DNA of 64,000 nt from an uncultured Pseudomonadales bacterium (GCA_964583795.1 CAZOWX010000005.1:861-64860); one strand, 5' to 3'. Shown: positions 27,007 through 36,706, counted from the stretch's first letter. Notes: generated from the sequence alone by a model not told the origin. A program made the numbers and translations.

Positions 27007-28125
27007 ATGATGATGAAATCAACTATGAAACAAAAACTGCCCGTTATTGTTCTTTCATTTTTTCTCCTAGCATTTTTTTCAAAACAAGCCAAAGCAGCTG
27101 AAGTTGAGCTTACTTTAACTGATGACACGTATATTTTTAATAATAGTCCTGACTCAATTTACGGCAGTAGTAACACATTAACAATCGCTGCTAATGAGCA
27201 GGGCTACAAACTCATACTTCTCAAATTTAGCACATCCAAAATTCCCACTGGTTCAACGATTAACTCTGCAGATCTACTTATGACTAGTTCTTCATGCATC
27301 GGCGACTTCTCAAGACCAGAACTCAGGCTGAGTTATGCTGATAGAGAATGGAATGAAGAAACACTGCGTTGGACTTCCCGGCCACGAAGTGGCATGGACA
27401 TCGATGTTATTGATGGAAAACCTGAAGTTAAATCTTTTGATGTTACTCAAGCTGTGAAAAAGTGGTTTGATCGCAGCACAGAAAATAATGGGGTAATCAT
27501 GGAATTAAATGGCGGTCCGTACTCGTGTAATTTTTCTTCCAAGGAAAAAAGCAGTACCGCGGTTAACTTAATCGTCAACTATACGGCCCCCAAAAAGAAC
27601 CTTATTTTGACCAATACGTGGGATGTCCCTGATCTCACACTCCAAAACACAGATTTGAATGTGCCCACTAGTTTGACTGTTTCACCAACCAGTACTTTTA
27701 CACCAAGTCCCAGCGAGACTTTAACGCCTGACGTCCCTGCAGAAACCATTGTTCCAACAACTCAACCGGAAACTACGATATTTGTTACTCAACCACAACA
27801 ACCCAATAGTCAGCAGGATGAACTTGAAGTGAAAGCACCCCCATCAGAAAAAGACTCTCTTGAGAAACAAGAAACTACGTTAACCTCCCCTCAAATGACG
27901 TTCGGACTCATCGTGCTTGTTGCTGTCCTAGGTGGTATGGTCCTTATGAACTTTATGAAAAAGTCCTCACCAACAACAATAGTAGTCGAATCTGATCATG
28001 AGGGGTCACACACAGGCCATAAAGAATCGCATACACACAAAAAAGCCACAGAAAAAGAGAACAGTGATTCTGAAAACCAAGAAAACGAAGAAAACGAAGA
28101 CAACTCAAACTTAGCTGACAAATAG
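27007..28125 (+). CDS. Surface-anchored protein (372 aa): signal peptide, globular domain, Thr/Pro/Ser/Gln linker, C-terminal TM and a His/acidic cytoplasmic tail.
   Basis: Signal MMMKSTMKQKLPVIVLSFFLLAFFSKQAKA. TM FGLIVLVAVLGGMVLMNFM. Tail ESDHEGSHTGHKESHTHKKATEKENSDSENQENEENEDNSN. Confidence 0.5.
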   Translation: MMMKSTMKQKLPVIVLSFFLLAFFSKQAKAAEVELTLTDDTYIFNNSPDSIYGSSNTLTIAANEQGYKLILLKFSTSKIPTGSTINSADLLMTSSSCIGDFSRPELRLSYADREWNEETLRWTSRPRSGMDIDVIDGKPEVKSFDVTQAVKKWFDRSTENNGVIMELNGGPYSCNFSSKEKSSTAVNLIVNYTAPKKNLILTNTWDVPDLTLQNTDLNVPTSLTVSPTSTFTPSPSETLTPDVPAETIVPTTQPETTIFVTQPQQPNSQQDELEVKAPPSEKDSLEKQETTLTSPQMTFGLIVLVAVLGGMVLMNFMKKSSPTTIVVESDHEGSHTGHKESHTHKKATEKENSDSENQENEENEDNSNLADK

Positions 28126-28173
28126 ACTTATAGCGTTCATCAAACAACTCAAACGAAGTAGTCTTTCTGCAGT

Positions 28174-28179
28174 ATAATA
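28174..28179 (+). promoter_or_regulatory. -10 box TATAAT 7 nt upstream of the ABC-F ATG (leaderless arrangement). Same GCAGTATAATAG context as the cyclase-like gene.
   Basis: ctgcagTATAATagctcttcATG. Confidence 0.35.
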
Positions 28180-28186
28180 GCTCTTC

Positions 28187-29809
28187 ATGTTACTCGAAGC
28201 TATCAACCTCTCCAAACAAGTCGGAGCGAAATATCTGTTTACAGATCTATCGTTTAGTATTGTCGAGGGTGAAAAGGTCGCTCTGATCGGCCGAAATGGT
28301 CATGGCAAAACCACCCTACTCAAAATGTTGAGTGGTGAAGATCATGATTTTGAAGGCAAACTCACATTCAAAAAAGGGGTGAGGATCACAATGACCAAAC
28401 AAGAACATGTTCAAGAAACTCAACAATCAGCTCTGGAATATGTCTTAAAAACTGCTCCACATTATTATGAATATCAGAAAATTTTGGATGAGTATGAGCA
28501 GGGGTTAAACACCGATCTTGATCAATACCTTAGCGCTCTGGAGTACTTTACTGAGCACAACTACCTTAACATCATTGATGCCGTTTTGAGCATGCTCGAA
28601 GATTTCCATATCAACAATGCACTCGCCCATGGACCACTAAAAAATTTGTCCGGTGGAGAAAAACGCTATGTCGAGATGGTCCGGATGATGTTTTCTCAGT
28701 CAGACTTATTTTTAGTTGATGAGCCAACAAACCACATGGATTACAAAGGCAAGCAGAGGTTTATTGATTGGATGCGGGCACTCAAAGAAACAATTATCGT
28801 GGTAACGCACGATCGCGATGTGCTGAAGTACGTCGATAAAATCATTGAGTTGAAAGATCAAAAAATCACCATTTTTAAGGGGAACTACGATGACTACATC
28901 GGACAAAATGCGACGCGAACACTGACCTCAGTGAAGCTGTACTCAGACCAGCTCCAACGCCTGAAGGAAGCAAAAAAGCGCGTTGAGTGGGGCTTGCAGA
29001 TGCGTGCCAAAAGCAAGGAGTGGAAAACGCGCTACGATCACTGGTTACGTGATTACGAAAAACTCAAATTACAAACCGTAAAACCTTCTTTTTGGATCGA
29101 TCAGGACTCAGTCGAAGCTTTGGATGACAAGGTCGTTGACTCGTATCATAAATTTAAAGAGAAAAACATTAAAATTTCGGTCAACACAAAAGGAAAAGGT
29201 GCTGGTGAGCTAGTTTCCGTCAGAAACCTAACACTGGCATATGAAACTCCAATATTTCAACAACTCACATTTACAGTAAGCGATACCGATCGCGTATTTA
29301 TCAAAGGCAAAAATGGAGCTGGAAAGAGTACTCTGGTGCGCACACTCATGTCACTATCACAAGAACAAGCGCCCAAGGCAAAACAGATCGATGGAGAAAT
29401 TAAGTTAGAAAATAATATTCGGATTGGTGAGTACCAACAAGAAATTCATGAAAAATACTTGGAGATGCCTTTAGAAGACGCAATCAAAATCAGCTTCTTA
29501 GAAAAAGATATCAAAATGGCTGATCATGAAGTGAAAAAAATGATGGCTCAGTACTTGTTTGATCCGAAAATGGATGGTCGACAAAAAATCCTCAACTTGT
29601 CCGGTGGCCAAAAAGCTCGTTTTCAGCTAATTAAAATGTTTATTGGTGATCCCAATTTACTTATTTTAGATGAACCCACCAACCACCTTGACCTGCCTTC
29701 AATAGAAGAGCTGGAAAATGCTCTGGATAAATTTACAGGTGGAATTTTGTATATTTCCCATGATACGTACTTTATCAATCGCATGGGTGGAAAAGTTGTA
29801 GAGTTATAA
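28187..29809 (+). CDS. ABC-F family ATPase (two tandem ABC domains, no TMD).
   Basis: Walker A GRNGHGKTT and GKNGAGKST. Signature/Walker B LSGGEKRYV...LFLVDEPTNHMD and LSGGQKARF...LLILDEPTNHLD. Inter-domain linker present. 540 aa. Confidence 0.85.
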   Translation: MLLEAINLSKQVGAKYLFTDLSFSIVEGEKVALIGRNGHGKTTLLKMLSGEDHDFEGKLTFKKGVRITMTKQEHVQETQQSALEYVLKTAPHYYEYQKILDEYEQGLNTDLDQYLSALEYFTEHNYLNIIDAVLSMLEDFHINNALAHGPLKNLSGGEKRYVEMVRMMFSQSDLFLVDEPTNHMDYKGKQRFIDWMRALKETIIVVTHDRDVLKYVDKIIELKDQKITIFKGNYDDYIGQNATRTLTSVKLYSDQLQRLKEAKKRVEWGLQMRAKSKEWKTRYDHWLRDYEKLKLQTVKPSFWIDQDSVEALDDKVVDSYHKFKEKNIKISVNTKGKGAGELVSVRNLTLAYETPIFQQLTFTVSDTDRVFIKGKNGAGKSTLVRTLMSLSQEQAPKAKQIDGEIKLENNIRIGEYQQEIHEKYLEMPLEDAIKISFLEKDIKMADHEVKKMMAQYLFDPKMDGRQKILNLSGGQKARFQLIKMFIGDPNLLILDEPTNHLDLPSIEELENALDKFTGGILYISHDTYFINRMGGKVVEL

Positions 29810-29838
29810 ATCAAATGTGTTTTGCTCAATAAGAGACA

Positions 29839-30693
29839 TTGTCTGCTAATAAGCGTAAAGTATCTTCGCCAACCTGGTATACTGTATGCATGTTGACCGA
29901 TATTTGCTATCAATTTCCAGTACAAACAAACACAGAACTTGATTTTTTCAGACTGCTTAAACAACTGTTCGAAGAATTCAAAAACGCTTTCATTGAAAAG
30001 AGCACTATTACGGTGATCCCCATCAATCCACAAAATTGTTTACCAAAAACAATAATAGAACATTCACACACAACTCACCCATCTGTAATGATGAAATTTG
30101 ACAATGAGAATGAGTCTACGCTTAACTCTTCACTGCAAAAAATGCTCATTATCACCAACAACAAAGCAACCAAGGCATCCTGCCCATTTCATGAGCTAAC
30201 CCAAAAAATTTCGGGTCATCTGAAACGCATTGATCATACCGGCGTTAACTTTCCGTCATCGCAGCTTTCAAAAACACAATGGGACACATTTATACACAAT
30301 CTAGCACTGACTACCACTCTTTATCGTTATCCAACGGGAGATGATTGGCCTTTTATTCTTCCAGCAACCCAAACCGAGTACCGTGATGACATACACGATT
30401 TTGTTTTGGGGAGAGAACCAAAGTTTGAGTTAGTATACGATCGCTTTACACTTTTACCAACTTTCCAGTTCGATATCCAAACAGATCTCACTCAATTGGA
30501 AGTTGAGAGCTTGTTTCCCAATCCACTCGGTGAAAGCTTCAGCGGGTTGGAAAGTGTTTTTCGAGCTGTATATATTGAATCTCCCTGGGATACCATTCGG
30601 ATTCGGTTCGATATCCGCTTCAAAGACAACGGGAAAGAAAATGATTGGATATCAGGCAAATGGTTAGTACAAGAGGGTGGACGAATCAAGTAA
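29839..30693 (+). CDS. Hypothetical protein (284 aa).
   Basis: Long ORF with no recognisable motif; start may be an internal Met. Confidence 0.4.
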   Translation: MSANKRKVSSPTWYTVCMLTDICYQFPVQTNTELDFFRLLKQLFEEFKNAFIEKSTITVIPINPQNCLPKTIIEHSHTTHPSVMMKFDNENESTLNSSLQKMLIITNNKATKASCPFHELTQKISGHLKRIDHTGVNFPSSQLSKTQWDTFIHNLALTTTLYRYPTGDDWPFILPATQTEYRDDIHDFVLGREPKFELVYDRFTLLPTFQFDIQTDLTQLEVESLFPNPLGESFSGLESVFRAVYIESPWDTIRIRFDIRFKDNGKENDWISGKWLVQEGGRIK

Positions 30694-30701
30694 AATCATC
30701 T

Positions 30702-31172
30702 CTAATTCAACACCACTATCGCTGCGTTTAACACAGTGGCAAAACTCACCCAGGACAAATAAGGGACTAACAAGTAAAACGCAGATTTTGATAGCGGATA
30801 AAACTTTTTCATGGTCAGAACAATCAAAACCCACAGCGCAATGATGACAAATAAAGCGATCAGTGGGGATCTCAGTCCAAAAAAGATGGGAGACCAAACA
30901 AAGTTGAAGCTCAGCTGAGCGAGAAAATACTTCATGGCAGTTTGAACATTTCTCTTTTTCCAGTTTTGTCGCCAAATCAAAAAGAAGGCAATTGCCATCA
31001 AGAAATAAAGAGTAGTCCATACCGGCCCAAAGATCCAGTTTGGTGGTGAAAATGAAGGTTTAGTAAGTGTTGAGTACCACGACCGAATTGAAGAAATAGT
31101 AAACACACTGCCCAAAACACCCACCAGCTCGCAACCGACGATTGAAATGATGAGTTTTGGCAAATTTTTCAT
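30702..31172 (-). CDS. tspO: TspO/MBR (tryptophan-rich sensory protein) family membrane protein.
   Basis: Family motif NWIFGPVWTTLYFLMAIAF, five TM segments, 156 aa. Confidence 0.75.
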   Translation of the reverse strand: MKNLPKLIISIVGCELVGVLGSVFTISSIRSWYSTLTKPSFSPPNWIFGPVWTTLYFLMAIAFFLIWRQNWKKRNVQTAMKYFLAQLSFNFVWSPIFFGLRSPLIALFVIIALWVLIVLTMKKFYPLSKSAFYLLVPYLSWVSFATVLNAAIVVLN

Positions 31173-31318
31173 CTACTCTAGTATGGAGCAAATTTGAAAC
31201 AAGAGCAATGCTTGGTGAAAAATATTTTGTTTCAAATCTATTCAACATTAACAAATTTTTGAGAGCGAAGATATTTAGTATAGAATAGAGGGTTATAGGT
31301 GGTAGTGAACTAAGGGGT

Positions 31319-32227
31319 ATGAAAAAAACAATTGGATTTTCATCGCTTTTGCTGGCTGCAATTTCTTTTGGTTCATTTGGAGTTTGGATTCGGTTATTGG
31401 CAAAAGAAATGTCAGTCTATCAACAAATTGTGCTGAGAAACTCATTTGCATTTTTGTTCGCTTTTTTCGTAGTGTTCGCGACCAAGCAATTTTCAAAGAT
31501 TAATTGGTCAGTTGTTAAAAAAATCAACCTCTTGTTATACGCATTTTTGATCCCTTTATCAGTCATTGCCTACAATATTTCAATGTTAAATACAAAAATA
31601 GTAATAGCGACTTTCTCTTTGTATATTGGGACCATTTTGACGGGATGGGTAGCCGGAGCTGTTGTGTACAAAGAAAAACTCAATACTCAGAAATGGGTTT
31701 CTCTTTTTTTAGTGCTAGGTGGCTTGGTTTTTTTTGCATATCCGTTTTCAAGTTCTAGTATCAACCTTGGACTTGTAGCAGGTATTATGAGTGGTATTTT
31801 CGATGGTACTGCCAATAGCTTTCGAAAAGATTTGGCTGGCAAGATGAATAAGCTTTTCTTAGTGTTACTTACCGCTATTGGTGGCATGCTCGTATCTGGA
31901 CTGATGATGAGCTATTTTCACCAAGATTTACAATTTTTTAGTTCAATGTCAGCCAGTGCGTGGATGATTGGAGCTTTTTTTGGATTCATATTGGTCGTTA
32001 TCAATTATCTGCTGCTGGTCGGGTTTCAAAATTTTGACCTTGGTATGGGTTCAATTGTTTTGTCTCTCGAATTAGTGTTTGCCACTGTTTTTGGGATCAT
32101 TTTCTTAAAAGAATTTCCAAGCACAAAAGAGGTTCTCGGTGGTTTACTCATTTTAGGTGCAAATGTAGTCCCAAATATCAATTTAGTACTAAAGAAAAAG
32201 CAAACACTTACAATAACAACCAGTTAG
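31319..32227 (+). CDS. DMT/EamA-family membrane transporter (302 aa).
   Basis: About 10 TM with a duplicated topology. N-terminus MKKTIGFSSLLLAAISFGSFGVWIRLLAKE. Confidence 0.5.
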   Translation: MKKTIGFSSLLLAAISFGSFGVWIRLLAKEMSVYQQIVLRNSFAFLFAFFVVFATKQFSKINWSVVKKINLLLYAFLIPLSVIAYNISMLNTKIVIATFSLYIGTILTGWVAGAVVYKEKLNTQKWVSLFLVLGGLVFFAYPFSSSSINLGLVAGIMSGIFDGTANSFRKDLAGKMNKLFLVLLTAIGGMLVSGLMMSYFHQDLQFFSSMSASAWMIGAFFGFILVVINYLLLVGFQNFDLGMGSIVLSLELVFATVFGIIFLKEFPSTKEVLGGLLILGANVVPNINLVLKKKQTLTITTS

Positions 32228-32388
32228 CCATGATTACGTTACCGAAAGTTGACTTTATTGATTTACATTCAAACAGAAACATTCTATAATTCCTCCCAAT
32301 GTACACGTTCGATCACGTATTAGCAGTTAATAATACCCTCAGATTTAAAGCTGGGGTGCTCGTCGTGTAACAAAAAAATTAACACAAT

Positions 32389-32415
32389 TTCCACCCCAGC
32401 GAAAGCTGGGGTTTT
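32389..32415 (+). terminator. Rho-independent terminator (ccccagc-gaaa-gctgggg + T6). The 5' arm can alternatively pair with an upstream agctggggtg segment at 32349-32360.
   Basis: ccaccccagcgaaagctggggttttttgt. Upstream segment 1 (agctggggtg, 32351-60) is complementary to segment 2 (caccccagc). Confidence 0.55.
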
Positions 32416-32440
32416 TTGTGTTGGCTAAAGAAAGGACACT

Positions 32441-33973
32441 ATGCTCAAAGCAAGTGACAGATCTATCCCAAGAACTATGGCTACCCAACATCCGGATAAC
32501 GCTCGTGCCCCCTACTGGCACCACAGTGCGCTGGTGACTGCGGCTGAAGAGGTGAAAGAAAGTGTTGTCTCCTGGAGGGAGCTTGGGTGCGAAGAAGTGA
32601 AGTGGGACTGGGAAGGGAAGTTGGTCGAAGAAACGGTATTAGAAAGGTTATTTTCGACGGAAACGCAGTATTTTGCACAACACCCGCTCGGCAGTGCACA
32701 CTTTCTTACCTTTCGCATTCCCCATCCAGCAAAAGAAAAAGGTGGTCGATACTGGCGAGCCTTAACCAGCGTCGCTACTGCACAAGCTCTGGTTGAACAG
32801 TTGTCTTTAGATCGCTCACCCATGATGGAAGTGATTTTACCCATGACGACTTCAGCTGAGGAAATTATTCGCGTCCATCAAGATCTTGAAGAGCTCACAA
32901 TATACTATGCATCTAAATTCAAAGTTTCCACACCAACGCAACCCAGTGCTTTGCAAGTCATTCCACTGGTTGAATCAATCGAAGCACTCTCACAATACGA
33001 TCGAATTATTGAGGGCTATACCGATTGGTACGCGCATCATTTCAAGCAAAAACTCATTTCGTTTCGTCCCTACATCGCTCGTTCTGATCCAGCATTGCAA
33101 TCAGGTTTATTAGCCGCTGTGTTAGTCAGTAAGCTAGCGTTAAGTAGGATTCATGAGGTGGGAAGAAAAAAAGCTGTAGAAATGTATCCCATTATTGGGG
33201 TCGGTTCACTACCCTTTCGAGGTGGATTATCACCGATAACAGCCAGTGAAATGGAAAAAGAGTATCAAGGAGTAGCAACGTTTACCATTCAATCTGCTTT
33301 TCGCTACGACTATGATTCACAAATAGTCAGAAAAAGTATCAAAGTTATGAACAGTGCCCCATTTCGCACTGCACCACAACTGACAAAAGAGGAGGAAGAC
33401 TTTTTACATCGTTCGATTGCAATCGCTAGTCATAGCTATCAACAAGCGCTTGCTCCACTGCTTCCCTTATTTCCTTTGGTATCGCCATTCATTCCCAAAA
33501 GAAGAGAGCGCTTTTCCAGTCAAAACTCTGTATTTGCATACGATCGAACAACTCAAGGTGTTTCGCTGCCACGCGCGATTAGCTTCACTGCTATTCTATA
33601 CTCAATTGGTTTGCCACCGGAGTTGCTGGGAATGGGATCTGCTCTTCATGAAATAGCTCAATTATCAAAGGGAACAAAGTTTTTGGAACAATTGTATCCA
33701 TCACTCGCCTCGCATCTGCAAACAGCCGGACACTATCTCAATAAAGAGAACTTGGCACAGCTGATCAAAAAGTATCCCAGTCTGCAAAAAGTGGCAGAGG
33801 ACATTCGACGTACAGAAGAACTTCTGGGAATTGAGTTTGAACCAACGACAAGCGAAGAGCAGCAGCATTACCAACTCTCATCAGAAATTATCAGTCAATT
33901 GTTCTCTGCTCAAACTACTCAGTTAGTTACTAACATTGAACAAGCAGCCAAGTTACGAAAAAGTATTGGTTAA
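32441..33973 (+). CDS. ppcA: Archaeal-type phosphoenolpyruvate carboxylase (PEPcase_2 family).
   Basis: N-terminal IPRTMATQHPDN. Further family-like blocks IPLVESIEAL, YIARSDPAL, GVGSLPFRGG, FTIQSAFRYD, PRAISFTAILYSIGLPPELLGMG. Length 510 aa is typical of the short archaeal-type enzyme. Confidence 0.7.
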   Translation: MLKASDRSIPRTMATQHPDNARAPYWHHSALVTAAEEVKESVVSWRELGCEEVKWDWEGKLVEETVLERLFSTETQYFAQHPLGSAHFLTFRIPHPAKEKGGRYWRALTSVATAQALVEQLSLDRSPMMEVILPMTTSAEEIIRVHQDLEELTIYYASKFKVSTPTQPSALQVIPLVESIEALSQYDRIIEGYTDWYAHHFKQKLISFRPYIARSDPALQSGLLAAVLVSKLALSRIHEVGRKKAVEMYPIIGVGSLPFRGGLSPITASEMEKEYQGVATFTIQSAFRYDYDSQIVRKSIKVMNSAPFRTAPQLTKEEEDFLHRSIAIASHSYQQALAPLLPLFPLVSPFIPKRRERFSSQNSVFAYDRTTQGVSLPRAISFTAILYSIGLPPELLGMGSALHEIAQLSKGTKFLEQLYPSLASHLQTAGHYLNKENLAQLIKKYPSLQKVAEDIRRTEELLGIEFEPTTSEEQQHYQLSSEIISQLFSAQTTQLVTNIEQAAKLRKSIG

Positions 33974-33989
33974 CAAGAAAGGAAAATGT

Positions 33990-35171
33990 ATGTCATTACA
34001 ACTTGCCACCAGAACACAATGCTTAGCGGCATCGGAAACGCTTGCGATGAACGCCCAAGTCAGTGAGTTGCGCAAGCAAGGGGAATCAGTCATCAGTCTA
34101 GGGGCTGGTGAGCCTGATTTTGCTCCACCAACAAAATTAATCAAAGCCACACAAGCAGCATTAACACACTCCTTTCACTACGCTCCGGTGAAAGGTATCG
34201 TGGAGCTCCGGACCGCTATCGCACAAAAGTTACAGCGAGAAAACAACATAGTGACTTCGCCTGATTCAATTGTGGTGACTGCTGGGGCGAAACAGGCGCT
34301 GTTCAACTTGATTGCGGTGCTTTGTGATGTCGGTGATGAGTGTATCGTGCCAACACCAGCTTGGGGAAGTTATCAAGCGATGATTGAAGTGTTTGGTGGA
34401 GTGATGGTAGGAGTAGATACGTCAGCTTCTGATTTTACGATTACGGCCAAAGCTATAGAGTCGGTCATCACTGCCAAAACCAAGCTGATCATTGTAAGTT
34501 CGCCACACAACCCTACTGGGAATGTAATCTCCAAAGATGAATTAATTGCGATTGCTCGTTTGGCGAAAGAAAAAAACGTGCTAATTATTTCCGATGAGGT
34601 ATATGAACACTTTGTGTATGATGGTCAGTCGCACTTTTCCCTAGAGAGTCTTGATGAGTTTAAAGATATCGTGTGCACGGTCAACTCATTTTCAAAAAGT
34701 TTGGGAATTACGGGATGGCGTGTTGGGTACTGTTGTGGTCCGAAGGAAATAATGACCAAGGTTGAACAGTTACAATCGCACTCAACTTCAAATCCGGTTT
34801 CTGCTGTGCAGTATGGGTTAGCAGAAACGTTGAATCAAAAATCATTCTCCGATTTTTATCAACACAACAAAAACATGTATCAGCAACGACGAGATGTTAT
34901 TTGCGCGACGCTGCAAGAAGTTCCTGGTTGCTCCGTGATTAGACCACAAGGTGCTTTTTATGTATTTGTGAAATTTGCCGATTCCATCATCAATCGTTTT
35001 GGCGGCTCAACCGCGCTCGCTCAATCACTGCTACAAGCACAACTCGTGGCCACAGTTCCCGGCGTTGCCTTCGGTCAACAATATGATAACTATCTGAGAC
35101 TTTCATTTACTTTGCCTGAGGAGGAGTTGGTTGAAGCGGTTGCAAGAATAAAAAGGCATGTGAACAAATAA
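33990..35171 (+). CDS. Class I/II PLP-dependent aminotransferase (aspartate aminotransferase-like).
   Basis: PLP-lysine motif NSFSKSLGITGWRVGY. GAGEPDF near the N-terminus. SSPHNPTG. Start taken at the ATG after the AAAGGAAA SD; the longer ORF from 33936 overlaps ppcA. Confidence 0.8.
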   Translation: MSLQLATRTQCLAASETLAMNAQVSELRKQGESVISLGAGEPDFAPPTKLIKATQAALTHSFHYAPVKGIVELRTAIAQKLQRENNIVTSPDSIVVTAGAKQALFNLIAVLCDVGDECIVPTPAWGSYQAMIEVFGGVMVGVDTSASDFTITAKAIESVITAKTKLIIVSSPHNPTGNVISKDELIAIARLAKEKNVLIISDEVYEHFVYDGQSHFSLESLDEFKDIVCTVNSFSKSLGITGWRVGYCCGPKEIMTKVEQLQSHSTSNPVSAVQYGLAETLNQKSFSDFYQHNKNMYQQRRDVICATLQEVPGCSVIRPQGAFYVFVKFADSIINRFGGSTALAQSLLQAQLVATVPGVAFGQQYDNYLRLSFTLPEEELVEAVARIKRHVNK

Positions 35172-35303
35172 ATACTCCTTTGCAACTATGACTATCGTAA
35201 TGAACTTTCTTAACATTGAAACTACTGTACTAACGATTAAAGAAATCTCGTTTCCTCAAGCTTTACACTTAGTATATGGTTTACCACCTTTCAGCTATCT
35301 ATT

Positions 35304-35921
35304 TCAGTAAAAAAGCACCAGATAAACGATAATAACAATACATATGCAAAGTGCTGTAAAAACACCAAAATACATCATTGTATGAAATGGAGACTTTTGT
35401 CCGTTAAGGAAACTCAATTGTTGTGTCAATTTACTTCGAAAATTGAGACTGTTTAACAACTCAAATGAAATTGTTGGGGTTACAGATACGTTGATCAGAG
35501 CCTGTAAGGGAAGCACTTTTGTCACCCTCCAACCGAGTGATACCAAAACAGTCGTTACTGATTCATAGAGCGAGGAATTCACCACAAAATACTGCTCTTG
35601 TTCATTAATACGAACCGATCGATCCTTTAGCTGAATCGAGGCAAAGGGAATCGCATCTCGAAATGACTGCTTTTCCTGTACTAATGCTTGGTCTAAAGAA
35701 TCAGAAAGCAAAAATGCTTGCTGAAAAACCAACTCTTCACCCAAGAAAATGACACACTTACTTGGTTTAAATTGGGAAAATGCAGCACTCAATTCTTCCT
35801 CAAATTTGTTTTTGTCAACAATTTCTTGATTCCGAACAGCTTCACTAGAAAATGGCACATGTTGAGAAGACTCTTTAGTCAGTAACACCAAACCTTCTCG
35901 TTGGAGTAGGATATATACCAT
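35304..35921 (-). CDS. Hypothetical protein with a C-terminal TM (205 aa), distal gene of the pilus operon.
   Basis: C-terminus MMYFGVFTALCICIVIIVYLVLFY. 16 bp downstream of the pilin gene on the same strand. Confidence 0.4.
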   Translation of the reverse strand: MVYILLQREGLVLLTKESSQHVPFSSEAVRNQEIVDKNKFEEELSAAFSQFKPSKCVIFLGEELVFQQAFLLSDSLDQALVQEKQSFRDAIPFASIQLKDRSVRINEQEQYFVVNSSLYESVTTVLVSLGWRVTKVLPLQALINVSVTPTISFELLNSLNFRSKLTQQLSFLNGQKSPFHTMMYFGVFTALCICIVIIVYLVLFY

Positions 35922-35937
35922 ACTCTCCTAGTATAAC

Positions 35938-36414
35938 CTATCTCGAAACGTAAATGTCAGTAGTGCCCTCTGTCCCACAGGCACGAACAGTGACGAGTCC
36001 ATTTGCATCAACCACGATCGAATAAAGAGTTTTTTCAGCAGTCCCAGTATTTGGATCAACTGGTATTGATTTTAAGTATTTTACCAACGGAGTTGAAAGG
36101 TCAACACAAGCTGTTGTTGCAACTGAACACCCACCAGTTGACACAGTACAAGCACTAGCAGAAGTACCCAGCTGTGCTTCGTTCATACCAGCGCTCAATC
36201 CAGACGGATAGGAACCTTTGTTATCAACAATATATGCATGAACTGCTGTCAAAATTGTATCAACATCGGAGGTTCGACGCGCATCGCGAGCATCTTTAAG
36301 TCTCTGTGCTGGATTTAGAGCAACAAAAACGCTCACAGCTAACGCAACAAGTACGGTAATCACAACCAGTAACTCAATAAGCGTAAAACCTTTGTTTAAA
36401 TGTGCTTTTTTCAT
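35938..36414 (-). CDS. Type IV pilin (candidate major pilin), with a prepilin N-terminal cleavage/methylation motif.
   Basis: MKKAHLNKG|FTLIELLVVITVLVALAVSVF (G-FTLIEL with Glu at +5). 158 aa. Cysteines near the C-terminus for a disulfide loop. Confidence 0.75.
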   Translation of the reverse strand: MKKAHLNKGFTLIELLVVITVLVALAVSVFVALNPAQRLKDARDARRTSDVDTILTAVHAYIVDNKGSYPSGLSAGMNEAQLGTSASACTVSTGGCSVATTACVDLSTPLVKYLKSIPVDPNTGTAEKTLYSIVVDANGLVTVRACGTEGTTDIYVSR

Positions 36415-36454
36415 ACTCTTTCCTCTACTCTCGAATAAATAGATAAGTAATAAA

Positions 36455-36706
36455 CTACTTTCTCATTGGTATCGATTCTTTTTGCTGCACACTCGTAGTT
36501 ACATCTCTATTCACACCTGGTAAACAAATAGATCTGCCAGAAAGAATAGCGATTCTTTCCATTAGCAAAAAATGATTGATCTGGGTTTGTTGCTTCAACA
36601 CAACATAAATGCTCACTATTGAGAGAAGTACTGACAAAAACAAGATAACTTGTTGTGAGGATGTACTATCAAGTGGTGAGACCGATTTTTGAGATTTTTT
36701 GGGCAT
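36455..36706 (-). CDS. Small hypothetical membrane protein (83 aa); possibly spurious.
   Basis: One hydrophobic segment ILFLSVLLSIVSIYVVL. Lies between the pilin genes. Confidence 0.2.
   Translation of the reverse strand: MPKKSQKSVSPLDSTSSQQVILFLSVLLSIVSIYVVLKQQTQINHFLLMERIAILSGRSICLPGVNRDVTTSVQQKESIPMRK

Noticed and set aside
29839-30693. Considered whether the 284-aa hypothetical could be a partner (e.g. ribosome-associated factor) of the upstream ABC-F.
   Set aside because: Nothing in its sequence supports this. Adjacency alone is insufficient.
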